NCBI GenBank assembly: GCA_030645495.1
Contig: JAUSLV010000011.1
Location: 256,659-320,658 of the forward strand
Source of the DNA: Actinomycetota bacterium
GTDB lineage: Bacteria; Actinomycetota; Acidimicrobiia; Acidimicrobiales; Ilumatobacteraceae
Direction: 5' to 3'
Length of the DNA: 64,000 bases
In this document: positions 30,962 through 41,168 of the stretch, piece after piece
Numbering within the stretch: the stretch's first letter is position 1
How the letters are laid out: every line of letters begins with the position of its first letter
Position numbers and translations under genes: made by a program
The notes under the pieces: model-generated
Told to the model about the DNA's origin: nothing
The model's database searches: none
What the model saw: the letters and a program-made list of their open reading frames with translations, nothing else

Positions 30962-33040
30962 GTGCTCACCATTGGCATCGTTCTCCTTGTCGTCATCCTC
31001 ATCGCAACCCTCATCATCCTGAGGTCGTTGCACTCCATCGGCCCGAGTCAGATCGGGTTGGTCAACAAGCGCCTCGCACGCCGCAGCCTCGACGAGGGCA
31101 ACCCCGTCGCGCTGCACGGCGAGGCCGGCTATCAGGCCCGCCTGCTGATGCCTGGCCTGCGGTTCAAGCTGTGGCCCATCTACGCCGTCAGCAAGCACCC
31201 GTGGGTGCAGGTGCCCGCCGGCGAGATCGGCGTGGTGATCGCCCAAGTGGGCCAGGCCGTCAAGATCGGTGCGAAGAGCGCCGAGTACAAGCCCGAGTTC
31301 GGCAACTTCGCCAACCTGGCGGCGTTCCTCGAGCACGGCGGCCAGAAGGGTGTGCAGCGCCCCGTGCTGCAGCCCGGCACGCTCGTACCGATCCACCCTG
31401 CAGCCTTCTTGGTGATCACCGCCAGCCGTGTGTACGGCATGCCGGTGAGCACCGAGCTGCAGTACCTCAACCGCACTCGTGAGGGCCTCACCGCCGCAGC
31501 ATTCGGGCTGAACCCCGCGCAACTGTTGGTCACCGTCATCGGCCCTCGCGACCGCACCGACATGGTGGGCATCGTCACCACGCTGGAGGGCGAGCCGCTG
31601 CCCAGCGGCGACATCGCCAGCCGCCTCGGCGGGTTCACCGACGTGGTGGCGATGCAGGCCGCCAACGCAGCCGACGCCGAGATCGTGGACCTGCTGCTGG
31701 GCAGCAAGAACACGCTGCACAACAACTACCAGGACTTCCAGGCATTCCTGGCCCACGGCGGGCGCATCGGCTTGCAGCACGACACGCTGCTGTACGGTGC
31801 CTACCTGCTGAACCCGTTCCTCGTGAGCGTGGAGATGGTGCCGATGCTGGTGGTGCGCCAAGGCGAGGTGGCCGTGATGAAGGCCTTCGTGGGCCTGCCC
31901 ACACTCGACACCAGCGGCAAGGAGTTCAAGTTCGGCTCGATCGTGCAACCCGGTCGCCGCGGCATCTGGCAAGAGCCGCTGCGCACCGGCAAGTACGCGA
32001 TCAACCCGCGCATCTACGCCGCCGAGATCGTGCCCACCAGCATCCTCACCCTCAACTGGGCGACCGCCAGCAGCCAGGCGCACAACCTGGATGCCTCGCT
32101 CAGCCCGATCGAGGGCAAGAGCCGTGAGGGCTTCGTGTTCCACATCGACCTGCAGGTGCAGATCCATGTCAGCGACAGCAAGGCGCCGAAGGTGATCTCG
32201 ATGGTGGGCACGATGGCCAACCTGGTGAACGAGGTGCTGCAATCGGCGGTGGGCAACCACTTCCGCAACACGCTGCAGCGCCTGGAGGCCGTGCGCTTCA
32301 TCGAAACCCGCGACGAGGTGCAGAACGCGGCCCTCGAAGCCGTCACTCGCTACCTCGCCACGTACGACGTGGAGACCAAGGGCGTCTACATCCAGGACGT
32401 CGTGTTCCCGGTGGAGCTGGTGAAGGTGCTGACCGAGCGTGAGATCGCCAACCAGGAGAAGGCCACGTTCCACGAACAGCGCGAGGCACAACTCGCCCGC
32501 ATCGAAGTGGAGAAGGCTCGCGGCACGGCCGACATGCAGGGCCAGCTGGCCACCAGCCAGGTGAGCATCGAGATCAACCGCAACACCGCCGAAGCACGCG
32601 CCGAACAGGCTCGTGGCGAGGCCGCCTACGTGGAAACCACGGCTCGCGCCGAGGCCACGAAGGTGGAGGTCTTGGGCAAGGCCGACGCCAGCCGCATCGA
32701 AGTGGTGGGCCTGGCCGAAGCCAGCAAGGTGCAGAACGTTGGTGCCGCAGAAGCCAGCCGCGCGGAAGCGGTTGGTCTGGCCGAAGCGAAGGCTGCGGAG
32801 GCACTGGGCCTGGCCAGGGCGGAAGGCTTCGAAGCACAGAAGGAAGCACTTGGCTCGGCGGCCACCACGATCGTGGCGGCGATCAATGCCATCGCCGAGG
32901 GTGGCGTGAACATCATGCCTGAGGTGTTGGTGGCCGGAGGCGGCTCGCTCGACGGCCTGGCCGCGGCGTTGATCCGCAGGTTGGGTGTCGACACCGCGTC
33001 GCTGGATGCCACGCCCGTGGGTGCTGCACTCGACCGTTGA
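30962..33040 (+). CDS. flotillin-family (SPFH/band-7) membrane microdomain protein
   Basis: An N-terminal TM segment, an SPFH domain and a long Ala/Glu-rich coiled-coil flotillin repeat region (AEARAEQARGEAAY...) are present. A GTG start follows the strong ribosome-binding site. Confidence 0.8.
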   Translation: MLTIGIVLLVVILIATLIILRSLHSIGPSQIGLVNKRLARRSLDEGNPVALHGEAGYQARLLMPGLRFKLWPIYAVSKHPWVQVPAGEIGVVIAQVGQAVKIGAKSAEYKPEFGNFANLAAFLEHGGQKGVQRPVLQPGTLVPIHPAAFLVITASRVYGMPVSTELQYLNRTREGLTAAAFGLNPAQLLVTVIGPRDRTDMVGIVTTLEGEPLPSGDIASRLGGFTDVVAMQAANAADAEIVDLLLGSKNTLHNNYQDFQAFLAHGGRIGLQHDTLLYGAYLLNPFLVSVEMVPMLVVRQGEVAVMKAFVGLPTLDTSGKEFKFGSIVQPGRRGIWQEPLRTGKYAINPRIYAAEIVPTSILTLNWATASSQAHNLDASLSPIEGKSREGFVFHIDLQVQIHVSDSKAPKVISMVGTMANLVNEVLQSAVGNHFRNTLQRLEAVRFIETRDEVQNAALEAVTRYLATYDVETKGVYIQDVVFPVELVKVLTEREIANQEKATFHEQREAQLARIEVEKARGTADMQGQLATSQVSIEINRNTAEARAEQARGEAAYVETTARAEATKVEVLGKADASRIEVVGLAEASKVQNVGAAEASRAEAVGLAEAKAAEALGLARAEGFEAQKEALGSAATTIVAAINAIAEGGVNIMPEVLVAGGGSLDGLAAALIRRLGVDTASLDATPVGAALDR

Positions 33041-33103
33041 CGGGAGGGTTCGAGAATTGGCCACTGCGCCGGTCGCGAGGCCGGCGCAGTGGCGCGGCCC
33101 GGT

Positions 33104-33721
33104 TCACTCGTCGGGTAGCAGGGCCACCGGGCGATCGAGCGGCACAACATGCTGCACGTCGAACTGGTGGGCCTTGTTGGCCACCGGTTGGTCGTTGACC
33201 TTCAGCGTGGCCGTGACGATCGCTGCACCCGATTCGAGAGCAATCAGCTTCGCTTGTTCCACCACGGCGGCGACGCCCACCATGCGCACTGACAGCTCGA
33301 CCGTCAGGTGGATCGTCGCGACATCGGCGCCGTCGATGGCGACGGTGATCTGCGGCTGGTGCACGGAGGCGATCGTGTGGTCCGCCAGCGTCACGACCTC
33401 GCGCCCGGTTTGCTTGGTGCGCTGCGCGGCGGCGGTGAGCGCGTGGTGATGCTTCCAGGCCCGACCGACGACATCGGCGAAGGAGATCTCGAGCGCCTCG
33501 CCACAGGCGCGGTGAACCTCCTTGTCGGCCACTCGGCGCACGGCCGGCGGCATCGGCTCGAGCGCCGAACGCATCGAGAGGGCTGCGGCGGCCCCGGTGG
33601 CCGTGGAGGGTTGATCGGCGAGGAATGCCCGCACGGTGAGCGGGGCGCTGGGCGCAGACTGAGCGGCGGGCGGAGCCCACGACGACGCCTGCTGCACCGG
33701 AGCGGGGGGCGGCAGATTCAT
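33104..33721 (-). CDS. Asp23/Gls24-family (alkaline shock/envelope stress) protein with Pro/Ala-rich N-terminal extension
   Basis: ITVAIDGADVATIHLTVEL...VAAVVEQAKLIALESGAAIVTATLKVNDQPV fits the Asp23 pattern. The assignment is moderate. Confidence 0.5.
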   Translation of the reverse strand: MNLPPPAPVQQASSWAPPAAQSAPSAPLTVRAFLADQPSTATGAAAALSMRSALEPMPPAVRRVADKEVHRACGEALEISFADVVGRAWKHHHALTAAAQRTKQTGREVVTLADHTIASVHQPQITVAIDGADVATIHLTVELSVRMVGVAAVVEQAKLIALESGAAIVTATLKVNDQPVANKAHQFDVQHVVPLDRPVALLPDE

Positions 33722-34002
33722 GAGGGTGACTCCTGGATCGTGGGAGCGCCGGCTGGATCGGGGGTGAGCCGCACGCCGAGCGCCACCGAGCGCGGCGCAC
33801 CTGGCGCAGGGAGGTCGTGCAGTTGCACTGCCCCCGCATCGTGCGTGGGGTGCACAGCGACGCGGACGCGTGCCGCATGCATCTGTCGTGAGCGCACCAC
33901 GAGGGTCGCGACACCAACCACCCCGACCACGATCGCGATGATCCAGCCAGTGGAGAGACTGCTGGAATCGCCGCCCATCCCCTCGGCAAGGATCGTCGTC
34001 AT
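33718..34002 (-). CDS. small membrane protein (one TM), possible Asp23-anchoring partner
   Basis: This 94-aa ORF is ATGA-coupled to the Asp23-like gene and has the hydrophobic segment WIIAIVVGVVGVATLVV. Confidence 0.45.
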   Translation of the reverse strand: MTTILAEGMGGDSSSLSTGWIIAIVVGVVGVATLVVRSRQMHAARVRVAVHPTHDAGAVQLHDLPAPGAPRSVALGVRLTPDPAGAPTIQESPS

Positions 34003-34077
34003 CGGTCCAGTATCGCGCCACCCCAGGGAGGCCTGAACGGCGGTCGTGCGTGCGCCCAGCAGGGCGGCCGGCTCGCG

Positions 34078-34878
34078 TCACATCGGGTCCCACACGGCCG
34101 GGCGCTTCTCCATCAGGGCCGCCGCCGCCTCCGTCATGTTGTTGTTGAACCCGGCCATGATCTGGATCCGGTTCTCCAGTTCCTTCGCATGCCGCAAGCT
34201 GGGCGCGTCGAGCGCGGTGTTGAGCCCGATCTTGGTCTGCCACACGCCGAACGGGTTGTTGATCGCGATGCTGCGGGCCATGCGCAGCGCGGCCTCCAGC
34301 AGCTCGTCGGCCGGTACCACCTCGTGCACCAACTGGATGCGGAACGCCTCGGGGGCATCGATGATGCGGCCGCTGAGCATCATCTCGCGAGCCGCACCGG
34401 CACCGACGATCTTCGGCAACAAGTAGCTGGTGCCCATGTCCATCGACGACAGCCCGGCCTTGATGAACACCGAGCCGAAGCGGGCAGCCTCCGAGGCGAT
34501 GCGCACGTCGCAGTGCAACGCGAACGCCAGGCCGCCGCCGACCGCGACGCCATTGACCGCCGCCACCACCGGGATCGGCAGCTCGTAGAGACGCGAGTAC
34601 TGGTCGGTGAGCCGCACTTGCGAGTCGTACATCGCCTTGTACGCGGGGCCGTGTGAATCGGTCCACCGGGTGCCGCCCGGGCTGAGGTCGGCGCCGGCAC
34701 AGAAGCCGCGGCCGGCGCCCGTGAGGATCGCCACGCGGAACTCGTTGGTGCTCAGTCGATCGAGGGCCTCATCCATCCCGTCGATCAGCTCGCGGTTGAT
34801 CGCGTTCAAACGCTCCGGACGGTTGAGGGTGACGAGGGCGATGCCCTCCTCGATGGTGGAGAACTCGACGGCTGCCAT
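34078..34878 (-). CDS. enoyl-CoA hydratase/isomerase (crotonase family)
   Basis: The N-terminus is TLNRPERLNAI. The oxyanion-hole motif GAGRGFCAGADL and AVNGVAVGGG are present. Confidence 0.88.
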   Translation of the reverse strand: MAAVEFSTIEEGIALVTLNRPERLNAINRELIDGMDEALDRLSTNEFRVAILTGAGRGFCAGADLSPGGTRWTDSHGPAYKAMYDSQVRLTDQYSRLYELPIPVVAAVNGVAVGGGLAFALHCDVRIASEAARFGSVFIKAGLSSMDMGTSYLLPKIVGAGAAREMMLSGRIIDAPEAFRIQLVHEVVPADELLEAALRMARSIAINNPFGVWQTKIGLNTALDAPSLRHAKELENRIQIMAGFNNNMTEAAAALMEKRPAVWDPM

Positions 34879-34906
34879 GTCGCGAACGGTAGTTCGCGTC
34901 GGCAGA

Positions 34907-36067
34907 TCAGGGGCGCTCGTCCAACTGCTGTTGCAGCTGTCGGGGAAGCCGGTAGGCGCTCTCGCCGGGCACGAACTGCCGACGCGGCAGCTTGCCCTTG
35001 GTGAGGATGCCGACCGTGTCGTAGTCCTCGGAAGCGGCGAAGTGACGCTGCACCATGTCGGCGCCGCTGCTCTGGCCCCAGATGTTGATGTTGCCCAGCC
35101 ACGCCTGCGTGCCGTATGCGGGCCAGCGGACGAACTGCTGCCACGCCTCGTCACGGCCAGGCACACCCTGCGCTCCGGTGGCGAGGAGTGCCTGCCGGTA
35201 GTGCTCGACGAGGTCGCGATCAGCGCTGCGCCGTTCCTCCACCGTGAGCGAGCTGACGATGAAGTAGCTGACGTCGCGGAACGGAGTACCGCGGCGCACC
35301 AGTTGCCAATCCACCCAGATGCGCTGGCCGTCGGCGCGCAAGAAGCTGTTGCCCTGGTGCGCGTCGCCGTGCACCAGGCAGCGCGGCCCGGTCTGCCCGA
35401 CTTCCCACGCCGACAGCTCGTCGAGCGCATGGTGCATCAGCTCGGGGGTGTCGTACACCCAGCGCGGCACCACTGCCGAGTACGCCGAGTCGGAGAGGTT
35501 GAACTGGATGTAGTGCCAGTACTGGATCACCTGCTCGGTGTCGTTGCCTGTGCCCATCGAGTGCGGCAGCCAGTCGTAGGTGGTGAGGCGCTGGTCGTTC
35601 CACAGCAGGCCGTGCACGTGGGCGAGCGTCTCCAACCCCGCGGCGACGCCATCGATACCGAGCTGGTCGCTGCTCGCCCCGAACCGGCCGGGGGAGACGG
35701 CGAGGTCTTCCATCATCACGATGCCGTTGCCGCTGCCATCGGTGTCCCAGTCGGCGAAGTACGAGTGAGGGATCGGGCACTCGAGGCTGTCGCGCATGAG
35801 GCCGTAGAAGCGCGCCTCGCGTTCGGTGATCTCGCCGGTCTTCATGCCCGACCAGTTGGCCTTCAGGCACACCTGCTCGGGAATGCCGGCGGCGACGCCC
35901 ACGTCGTTGAGCTGCAGGCGCACGCGGAGCTTGGTGGTGTGGCTGTTCTTGCACTCGATCTCGTCGAATGCGTGCACCACGATGCCCGGCCACCGCTGCC
36001 CGAGCAGGCGCGTCAGCCAGTCGGGCGTCACCGCGTCGAGGCGGCGGGGGAGCGGCTCGGCGCCCAT
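34907..36067 (-). CDS. phosphotransferase-family (APH/CHK-like) kinase
   Basis: The Brenner motif HGDAHQGN and the DW catalytic region are present. The supplied ORF has an upstream antisense extension, and a start at MGAEPLP is chosen. Confidence 0.7.
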   Translation of the reverse strand: MGAEPLPRRLDAVTPDWLTRLLGQRWPGIVVHAFDEIECKNSHTTKLRVRLQLNDVGVAAGIPEQVCLKANWSGMKTGEITEREARFYGLMRDSLECPIPHSYFADWDTDGSGNGIVMMEDLAVSPGRFGASSDQLGIDGVAAGLETLAHVHGLLWNDQRLTTYDWLPHSMGTGNDTEQVIQYWHYIQFNLSDSAYSAVVPRWVYDTPELMHHALDELSAWEVGQTGPRCLVHGDAHQGNSFLRADGQRIWVDWQLVRRGTPFRDVSYFIVSSLTVEERRSADRDLVEHYRQALLATGAQGVPGRDEAWQQFVRWPAYGTQAWLGNINIWGQSSGADMVQRHFAASEDYDTVGILTKGKLPRRQFVPGESAYRLPRQLQQQLDERP

Positions 36068-36075
36068 CGGCCGGG

Positions 36076-36573
36076 TCAGTTCACGTCGAGCAGGTCGTGG
36101 CATGCGCCGTACGGCATCAGCCTGCGGAAGTCCTCCAGCCCCGGGTGCGGCGTCTGGTCGGCGTCGAGACCCTCGGTCTCCACCACGCCGGCCGCCGCCC
36201 GCGCCCATCCGGCGTAGTCGGCGAGCCGGGCGAGCGCACCCGCCCACTGGTCGGCCACCTGCTCGGGTGCCGGCGTCGCTGCCAGCTGGGCCACGAGTTG
36301 CTCCACCTGGTCGGCATGGCTGCGGTAGAAGCCGGCCAGCCGCTCGGGCGTTGCATCCTCATCCAGCGGCAACCAGCCGTCGGCGATGATCACGGCGGCG
36401 TCGTTGGCTGCGCCGCACACCGCTTCGAGCGCGATCCAGCGGTCCGCGTCGGGGTCGGTGATCCACGGAGCGATGCTGCTGGTGGTGGGCGGGTTGGCGC
36501 CCATCTCCGCCAAACGGCTGCAACCCGACACGGCGAGCCCCGCGGCAAGAACGATCGGCCAGACGCGTTGCAT
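36076..36573 (-). CDS. hypothetical lipoprotein
   Basis: A signal peptide carries the lipobox LAVSGC. No family is assigned. Confidence 0.55.
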   Translation of the reverse strand: MQRVWPIVLAAGLAVSGCSRLAEMGANPPTTSSIAPWITDPDADRWIALEAVCGAANDAAVIIADGWLPLDEDATPERLAGFYRSHADQVEQLVAQLAATPAPEQVADQWAGALARLADYAGWARAAAGVVETEGLDADQTPHPGLEDFRRLMPYGACHDLLDVN

Positions 36574-36682
36574 CCCGCCATCATGCCTCCACGGCGAGCC
36601 TTCATTCACGTTGGGCAGGTTCTCACCTGATTCACGGAGAGCTGCGCAGCGCGGTCGAGTGGGTCACGGATACGGTGACCAC

Positions 36683-36988
36683 ATGAGCGCTCACCTGTTC
36701 TCCGCAGTGCAACTCGTCTCCGATCGTGGCTGGGGGATGCACGACGGTGATCTTTCCGGTGATCGCCACTGGATCGGCGCCGTGATCATGGCGCTGGTCG
36801 TGGCCGGCGTGGTCGCCTTGGTGCTCTGGGCGCTTCGCCGGGGTCGTGGGCAGCAGGTTGCCGCCCCCGTCGCGACCACGGCCGCCGCACAAGCGATCCT
36901 CGCCGAGCGTCTGGCCCGTGGCGACGTGTCGCCCGACGACTACCGCTCGCTGCTCGCCGTGCTGCGCGAGCAGCACCCCACCACCTGA
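36683..36988 (+). CDS. SHOCT-domain membrane protein
   Basis: One TM segment is followed by the C-terminal SHOCT-like sequence AQAILAERLARGDVSPDDYRSLLAVL. Confidence 0.55.
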   Translation: MSAHLFSAVQLVSDRGWGMHDGDLSGDRHWIGAVIMALVVAGVVALVLWALRRGRGQQVAAPVATTAAAQAILAERLARGDVSPDDYRSLLAVLREQHPTT

Positions 36989-37023
36989 CATCGCTGTGTC
37001 GGCGACGTACGTAGGCTGAACCC

Positions 37024-37950
37024 ATGGCCGACACATGTCGCATCGGTGTGCAGCTGCCCGAGGTGGAGCGGCGCGTGTCATGGCCAGAACTGCTGGTGAT
37101 GGCCAAGACCGCCGAGGAAGTGGGGTTCGACTCGTTGTGGGTGGGCGACCACCTGCTGTACGACCTACCCGACGGCGTCACCCGTGGCCCGTGGGAAGTG
37201 TGGACCTCGCTCGCCGCGTTGGCTGCGGCAACGCAGCGGGTGGCGATCGGGCCGCTCGTCGCCTCGATCGGTTTCAGCAATCCGGCGATGCTGGCGAAGA
37301 AGGCGGCCACGGTCGATGCGATCTCCGGCGGTCGGCTGATCCTTGGCCTCGGGGCCGGATGGAACGAGCGCGAGTACCGCGCCTTCGGCCATCCGTTCGA
37401 CCACCGTGTGGCCCGCTTCGAAGAGTCGTTCGACCTGATCCGCCGATTGCTGAAGGGCGAGACTGTAGATCACCATGGCCGGTTCTACGACCTCGATCAG
37501 TGCCTCATCGACCCGCCGCCGGTGCGTGCGGGAGGGCCACCGCTGATGGTCGGCTCGATCGGGCCGAGGATGCTGGCGGCCACCCTGCCGTACGTGCGCG
37601 GCTGGAACGTGTGGTACACCCAGTTCGGCAACACCCCTGAAGGCCTGGCCAAGGTGGCCGCACCCGTGCGCGAGCAGTGCCTGGCGCTGGGTCGCGACCC
37701 GAGTGAGGTGTTGTGCACCGCGGCGGTGTACGTGCAGGCGCCGGGCGGTGGTGGCCGCCTGATGGGCGACCCCAACGTTGCCAGCGCCAAGCCGATCACC
37801 GGTTCGGTGCAACAAGTGGCCGAGCAACTCGCCGCGTTCGCCGCGGCGGGCGCTTCGCACCTGCAGCTGGTGGTCGACCCCATCACCCAGGAGAGCATCG
37901 AGTGGTTGGGCGCCGTGCTCGCCGTGCTCGACAACGCCCGCGTTCGCTGA
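37024..37950 (+). CDS. LLM-class F420-dependent oxidoreductase
   Basis: A luciferase-like fold is indicated by LWVGDHL and LGLGAGW. Confidence 0.8.
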   Translation: MADTCRIGVQLPEVERRVSWPELLVMAKTAEEVGFDSLWVGDHLLYDLPDGVTRGPWEVWTSLAALAAATQRVAIGPLVASIGFSNPAMLAKKAATVDAISGGRLILGLGAGWNEREYRAFGHPFDHRVARFEESFDLIRRLLKGETVDHHGRFYDLDQCLIDPPPVRAGGPPLMVGSIGPRMLAATLPYVRGWNVWYTQFGNTPEGLAKVAAPVREQCLALGRDPSEVLCTAAVYVQAPGGGGRLMGDPNVASAKPITGSVQQVAEQLAAFAAAGASHLQLVVDPITQESIEWLGAVLAVLDNARVR

Positions 37951-37987
37951 AAGCTGGCTAATCTCGCCTCCCGTCGAAGGAGGAGCA

Positions 37988-39073
37988 ATGGCTCAGCAAG
38001 TACGTGGTGTGGTTGCCCGCAGCAAGGGCGCTCCGGTGACGATCGAGACCATCGTGATTCCCGATCCGGGCCCGGGCGAGGCCGTCGTGCAGGTGCAGGC
38101 CTGCGGCGTCTGCCACACCGATCTCCACTACCGCGAAGGTGGCATCAACGACGAGTTCCCGTTCCTGCTCGGCCACGAGGCCGCGGGTGTGGTCGAGTCC
38201 GTCGGCACCGGCGTCACCAACGTGCAGCCCGGCGACTTCGTGATCCTCAACTGGCGCGCCGTGTGCGGCACCTGCCGCAGCTGCCTCAAGGGCAAGCCGC
38301 ACCTGTGCTTCAGCACGTTCAACGCCACGCAGAAGATGACCCTCACCGACGGCACGGTGCTCTCACCCGCGCTCGGCATCGGGGCGTTCGTGGAGAAGAC
38401 GCTGGTCGCCGCCGGCCAGTGCACCAAGGTCGACCCCAACGTGCCCGCCGCCACCGCCGGCCTGCTGGGCTGCGGTGTGATGGCCGGCATCGGCGCTGCG
38501 ATCAACACGGGCAACGTCGGCCGTGGCGATTCAGTGGCGGTGTTCGGCTGCGGCGGCGTGGGCGATGCCGCCATCGCCGGCGCGCTGCTGGCGGGCGCCA
38601 CCACGATCGTCGCGGTCGACATCGACGATCGCAAGCTGGAGTGGGCGAAGGGCTTCGGCGCCACGCATACGTGCAACTCGGCGAAGGTCGACCCCGTGGA
38701 GTTCATCCGCTCGGTCACCGGTGGCAACGGTGCCGACGTGTGCATCGATGCGATCGGTCACCCGACGGTGTACAAGCAGGCGTTCGAGGCTCGCGATCTG
38801 GCGGGCACCGTCGTGCTCGTCGGCGTGCCCCGGCCGGACATGACGCTCGAGTTGCCCTTCATCGAGGTGTTCGGACGCGGCGGCTCGCTGAAGAGCAGCT
38901 GGTACGGCGACTGCCTGCCGTCGCGCGACTTCCCGATGTTGGTGCAGTTGCACCAACAGGGCCGCCTGCCACTCGACAAGTTCGTCAGCGAAACGATCTC
39001 GCTCGACGCCGTTGAAGAGGCGTTCCACAAGATGGAGCGCGGCGAAGTGCTGCGCTCTGTCGTGGTGCTCTGA
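37988..39073 (+). CDS. Zn-dependent class III alcohol dehydrogenase (S-(hydroxymethyl)mycothiol/formaldehyde dehydrogenase-like)
   Basis: The catalytic Zn motif CGVCHTDLH, the structural Zn cysteines CGTCRSC and a Rossmann GCGGVG are present. Confidence 0.88.
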   Translation: MAQQVRGVVARSKGAPVTIETIVIPDPGPGEAVVQVQACGVCHTDLHYREGGINDEFPFLLGHEAAGVVESVGTGVTNVQPGDFVILNWRAVCGTCRSCLKGKPHLCFSTFNATQKMTLTDGTVLSPALGIGAFVEKTLVAAGQCTKVDPNVPAATAGLLGCGVMAGIGAAINTGNVGRGDSVAVFGCGGVGDAAIAGALLAGATTIVAVDIDDRKLEWAKGFGATHTCNSAKVDPVEFIRSVTGGNGADVCIDAIGHPTVYKQAFEARDLAGTVVLVGVPRPDMTLELPFIEVFGRGGSLKSSWYGDCLPSRDFPMLVQLHQQGRLPLDKFVSETISLDAVEEAFHKMERGEVLRSVVVL

Positions 39074-39699
39074 TGGGTGTCGAGCTGGTCACCACCGACG
39101 GCATCTTCGCCCTCGACGGCGGCGAGTGGCAGGTCACCAACAACATCTGGATCGTGGGCGACGACCGCGAGGTCGTGGTGTTCGACGCTGCCCACGATGC
39201 CGCGCCCATCACTGCGGCGGTGAACGGCAGGCGGGTGAAGGCGATCGTGCTCACCCACGGCCACAACGACCACATCAACGCCGCCGTGCCACTGCGCGAC
39301 GCCGTGGATGCACCGATCCTGCTGCACCCGTCCGACCGGATGTTGTGGGACGTGGTGTGGCCCACGTTCGCCCCCGACGGCGAGGTCGTGCCGGGCAACG
39401 CGATCAAGATCGCCGGCCACGAACTTGGCGTGCTGCACACCCCCGGCCACTCACCCGGCTGCTGCTGCTTCCACGATGCCGCGTCGGGCGTGGTGTTCAG
39501 CGGCGACACGCTGTTCTGCGGCGGCCCCGGCGCAACGGGCCGCAGCTACAGCGACGAGCCCACCATCCTGCGCTCGATCCGCGACCGTCTGCTCGCGCTG
39601 CCCGACCACACGATCGTGCACACGGGCCACGGCGACAGCACCACGATCGGGGCGGAACGTGAGCGAGTACTCGCCCGAGCAGCCGAACTCGGCCTCTGA
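39073..39699 (+). CDS. MBL-fold metallo-hydrolase
   Basis: The motif THGHNDH is present. It is ATG/TGA-coupled to the ADH, as in the mycobacterial mscR-MBL pair. Confidence 0.85.
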   Translation: MGVELVTTDGIFALDGGEWQVTNNIWIVGDDREVVVFDAAHDAAPITAAVNGRRVKAIVLTHGHNDHINAAVPLRDAVDAPILLHPSDRMLWDVVWPTFAPDGEVVPGNAIKIAGHELGVLHTPGHSPGCCCFHDAASGVVFSGDTLFCGGPGATGRSYSDEPTILRSIRDRLLALPDHTIVHTGHGDSTTIGAERERVLARAAELGL

Positions 39700-41167
39700 C
39701 ACGTCGCCCACCGATCGTCGCTGGCGCCTCGGCCTTGCCGGGGTGGCGCTGCTGTCGGTGCTGCTGCGGCTGAGGTTCGTGTTCACCCCGATCACGTCCG
39801 ACGAGGGCGGTTACCTTGCCGTCGCCCGCGCATGGGGGCACGGCAAGGCGCTCTACACCGATGTGTGGGTCGACCGGCCGCAAGGCACGTTGTTGCTGTA
39901 CCGGCTGTGGGACACCGTCAGCGGCGGCGACGAAGACCATCTGCGGGTGATCGCTCTCGTGGTGGGCGCGGCCGCGGTGGTGGGCGTGGCCTCGCTGGTG
40001 GCCACGCTGTCGGGCCGTCGGTCACACGGCCTGGTGGCAGGCGCGCTGTGCGCACTGTTGTCGGCGGCGCCGATGGTGGAGGGGTACAGCGCGAACGGCG
40101 AACTGCTGGGCGGCGCGTTCAGCGTGCTCTGCATCGCGGTCGCGGTGCGAGTGCTGGTGGCCGGCGCCGACCGACGCTGGATGTTCGCCGCCGGCGCGCT
40201 GGGCATGGTGGGCTTTTCGATGAAGCAGGCCGGCATCGACGGGTTGGCCGCGCTGGGTATCTGGCTGACTGTGGTGTGGGTGTTCGCGTGGCGACCGAGA
40301 GCCGAGACGGTCGGCCTGCTGTGGCGGACTGTCGCCGGTGCGGGTGGAGTACTGGCGCTGCTGATGGCGCACGCGGCGACGCTCCGCTGGTCGGATTGGT
40401 GGTACGCGATGTTCGGCTATCGCCTCGAGCAACGCAGTGCACTCAAGGGTGCCAACTGGGATCGCTTCTGGCGAACGTGGGCCGACGCGAGGCCGCTGTT
40501 CCTGCCGATGCTGGTGGGTGCGCTGGTGTGTGCAGCGGTCGTGCTCGTGCGTCGCCAGTCGCTGCGCTTCGCGATCGAGAAGGCGCTGCTGCCGCTGTGG
40601 TTGCTGTGTGCGCTCGCCACGTTCATGTCGGGCGGCCAGTTCTTCCATCACTACTGGGTGACGCTCACGTTCCCCGTTGCTGCGCTGTGCGGCTTGGTGA
40701 TCGCCGCCGCGCCACGCGAGCTGAAGGCGGTGTCGCTGGCAGTGATCGCGGCCTTCTCGCTGTGGTCCTGGGGCGAGCTGGTGGTGCAGTCGCGCAGCGA
40801 GATCCCGGTGTCGATCAGCAACGAGACCCGGCCGCTGAAGGCCGAACACGTCGGGCATTGGCTGCGCCGCCACATGCAGAGCGGCGACACGCTGTACGCG
40901 ATGTGTGCCGCCGCGCACACCTACGCCCACGCGCATGCCGACCCGCCGTATCCGTACCTGTGGTTCGACGGTGTGCACCAGGCGCGGGGCTCGCAGGCAC
41001 GACTGGTGTCGCTGTTCACCGAGAATCCGCCCACGTGGGTGGCCGGCTTCGACGCGCCGAACGCGTGCAATCCCACCGGCGAGGTGGCCGAGGTGCTCGT
41101 CGCCCAGTACGAGCAGGTCGCCACCGTCGACGGCGTCCCGATCTATCGCTTGCTCGAACCAGGCTGA
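39659..41167 (+). CDS. GT39/ArnT-like (PMT-type) membrane glycosyltransferase
   Basis: It is polytopic with an N-terminal DEGGY-type loop (TSDEGGYLAVA). The GTG start overlaps the MBL gene by about 41 nt; the start is uncertain. Confidence 0.6.
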   Translation: MSEYSPEQPNSASDTSPTDRRWRLGLAGVALLSVLLRLRFVFTPITSDEGGYLAVARAWGHGKALYTDVWVDRPQGTLLLYRLWDTVSGGDEDHLRVIALVVGAAAVVGVASLVATLSGRRSHGLVAGALCALLSAAPMVEGYSANGELLGGAFSVLCIAVAVRVLVAGADRRWMFAAGALGMVGFSMKQAGIDGLAALGIWLTVVWVFAWRPRAETVGLLWRTVAGAGGVLALLMAHAATLRWSDWWYAMFGYRLEQRSALKGANWDRFWRTWADARPLFLPMLVGALVCAAVVLVRRQSLRFAIEKALLPLWLLCALATFMSGGQFFHHYWVTLTFPVAALCGLVIAAAPRELKAVSLAVIAAFSLWSWGELVVQSRSEIPVSISNETRPLKAEHVGHWLRRHMQSGDTLYAMCAAAHTYAHAHADPPYPYLWFDGVHQARGSQARLVSLFTENPPTWVAGFDAPNACNPTGEVAEVLVAQYEQVATVDGVPIYRLLEPG

Positions 41168-41168
41168 C

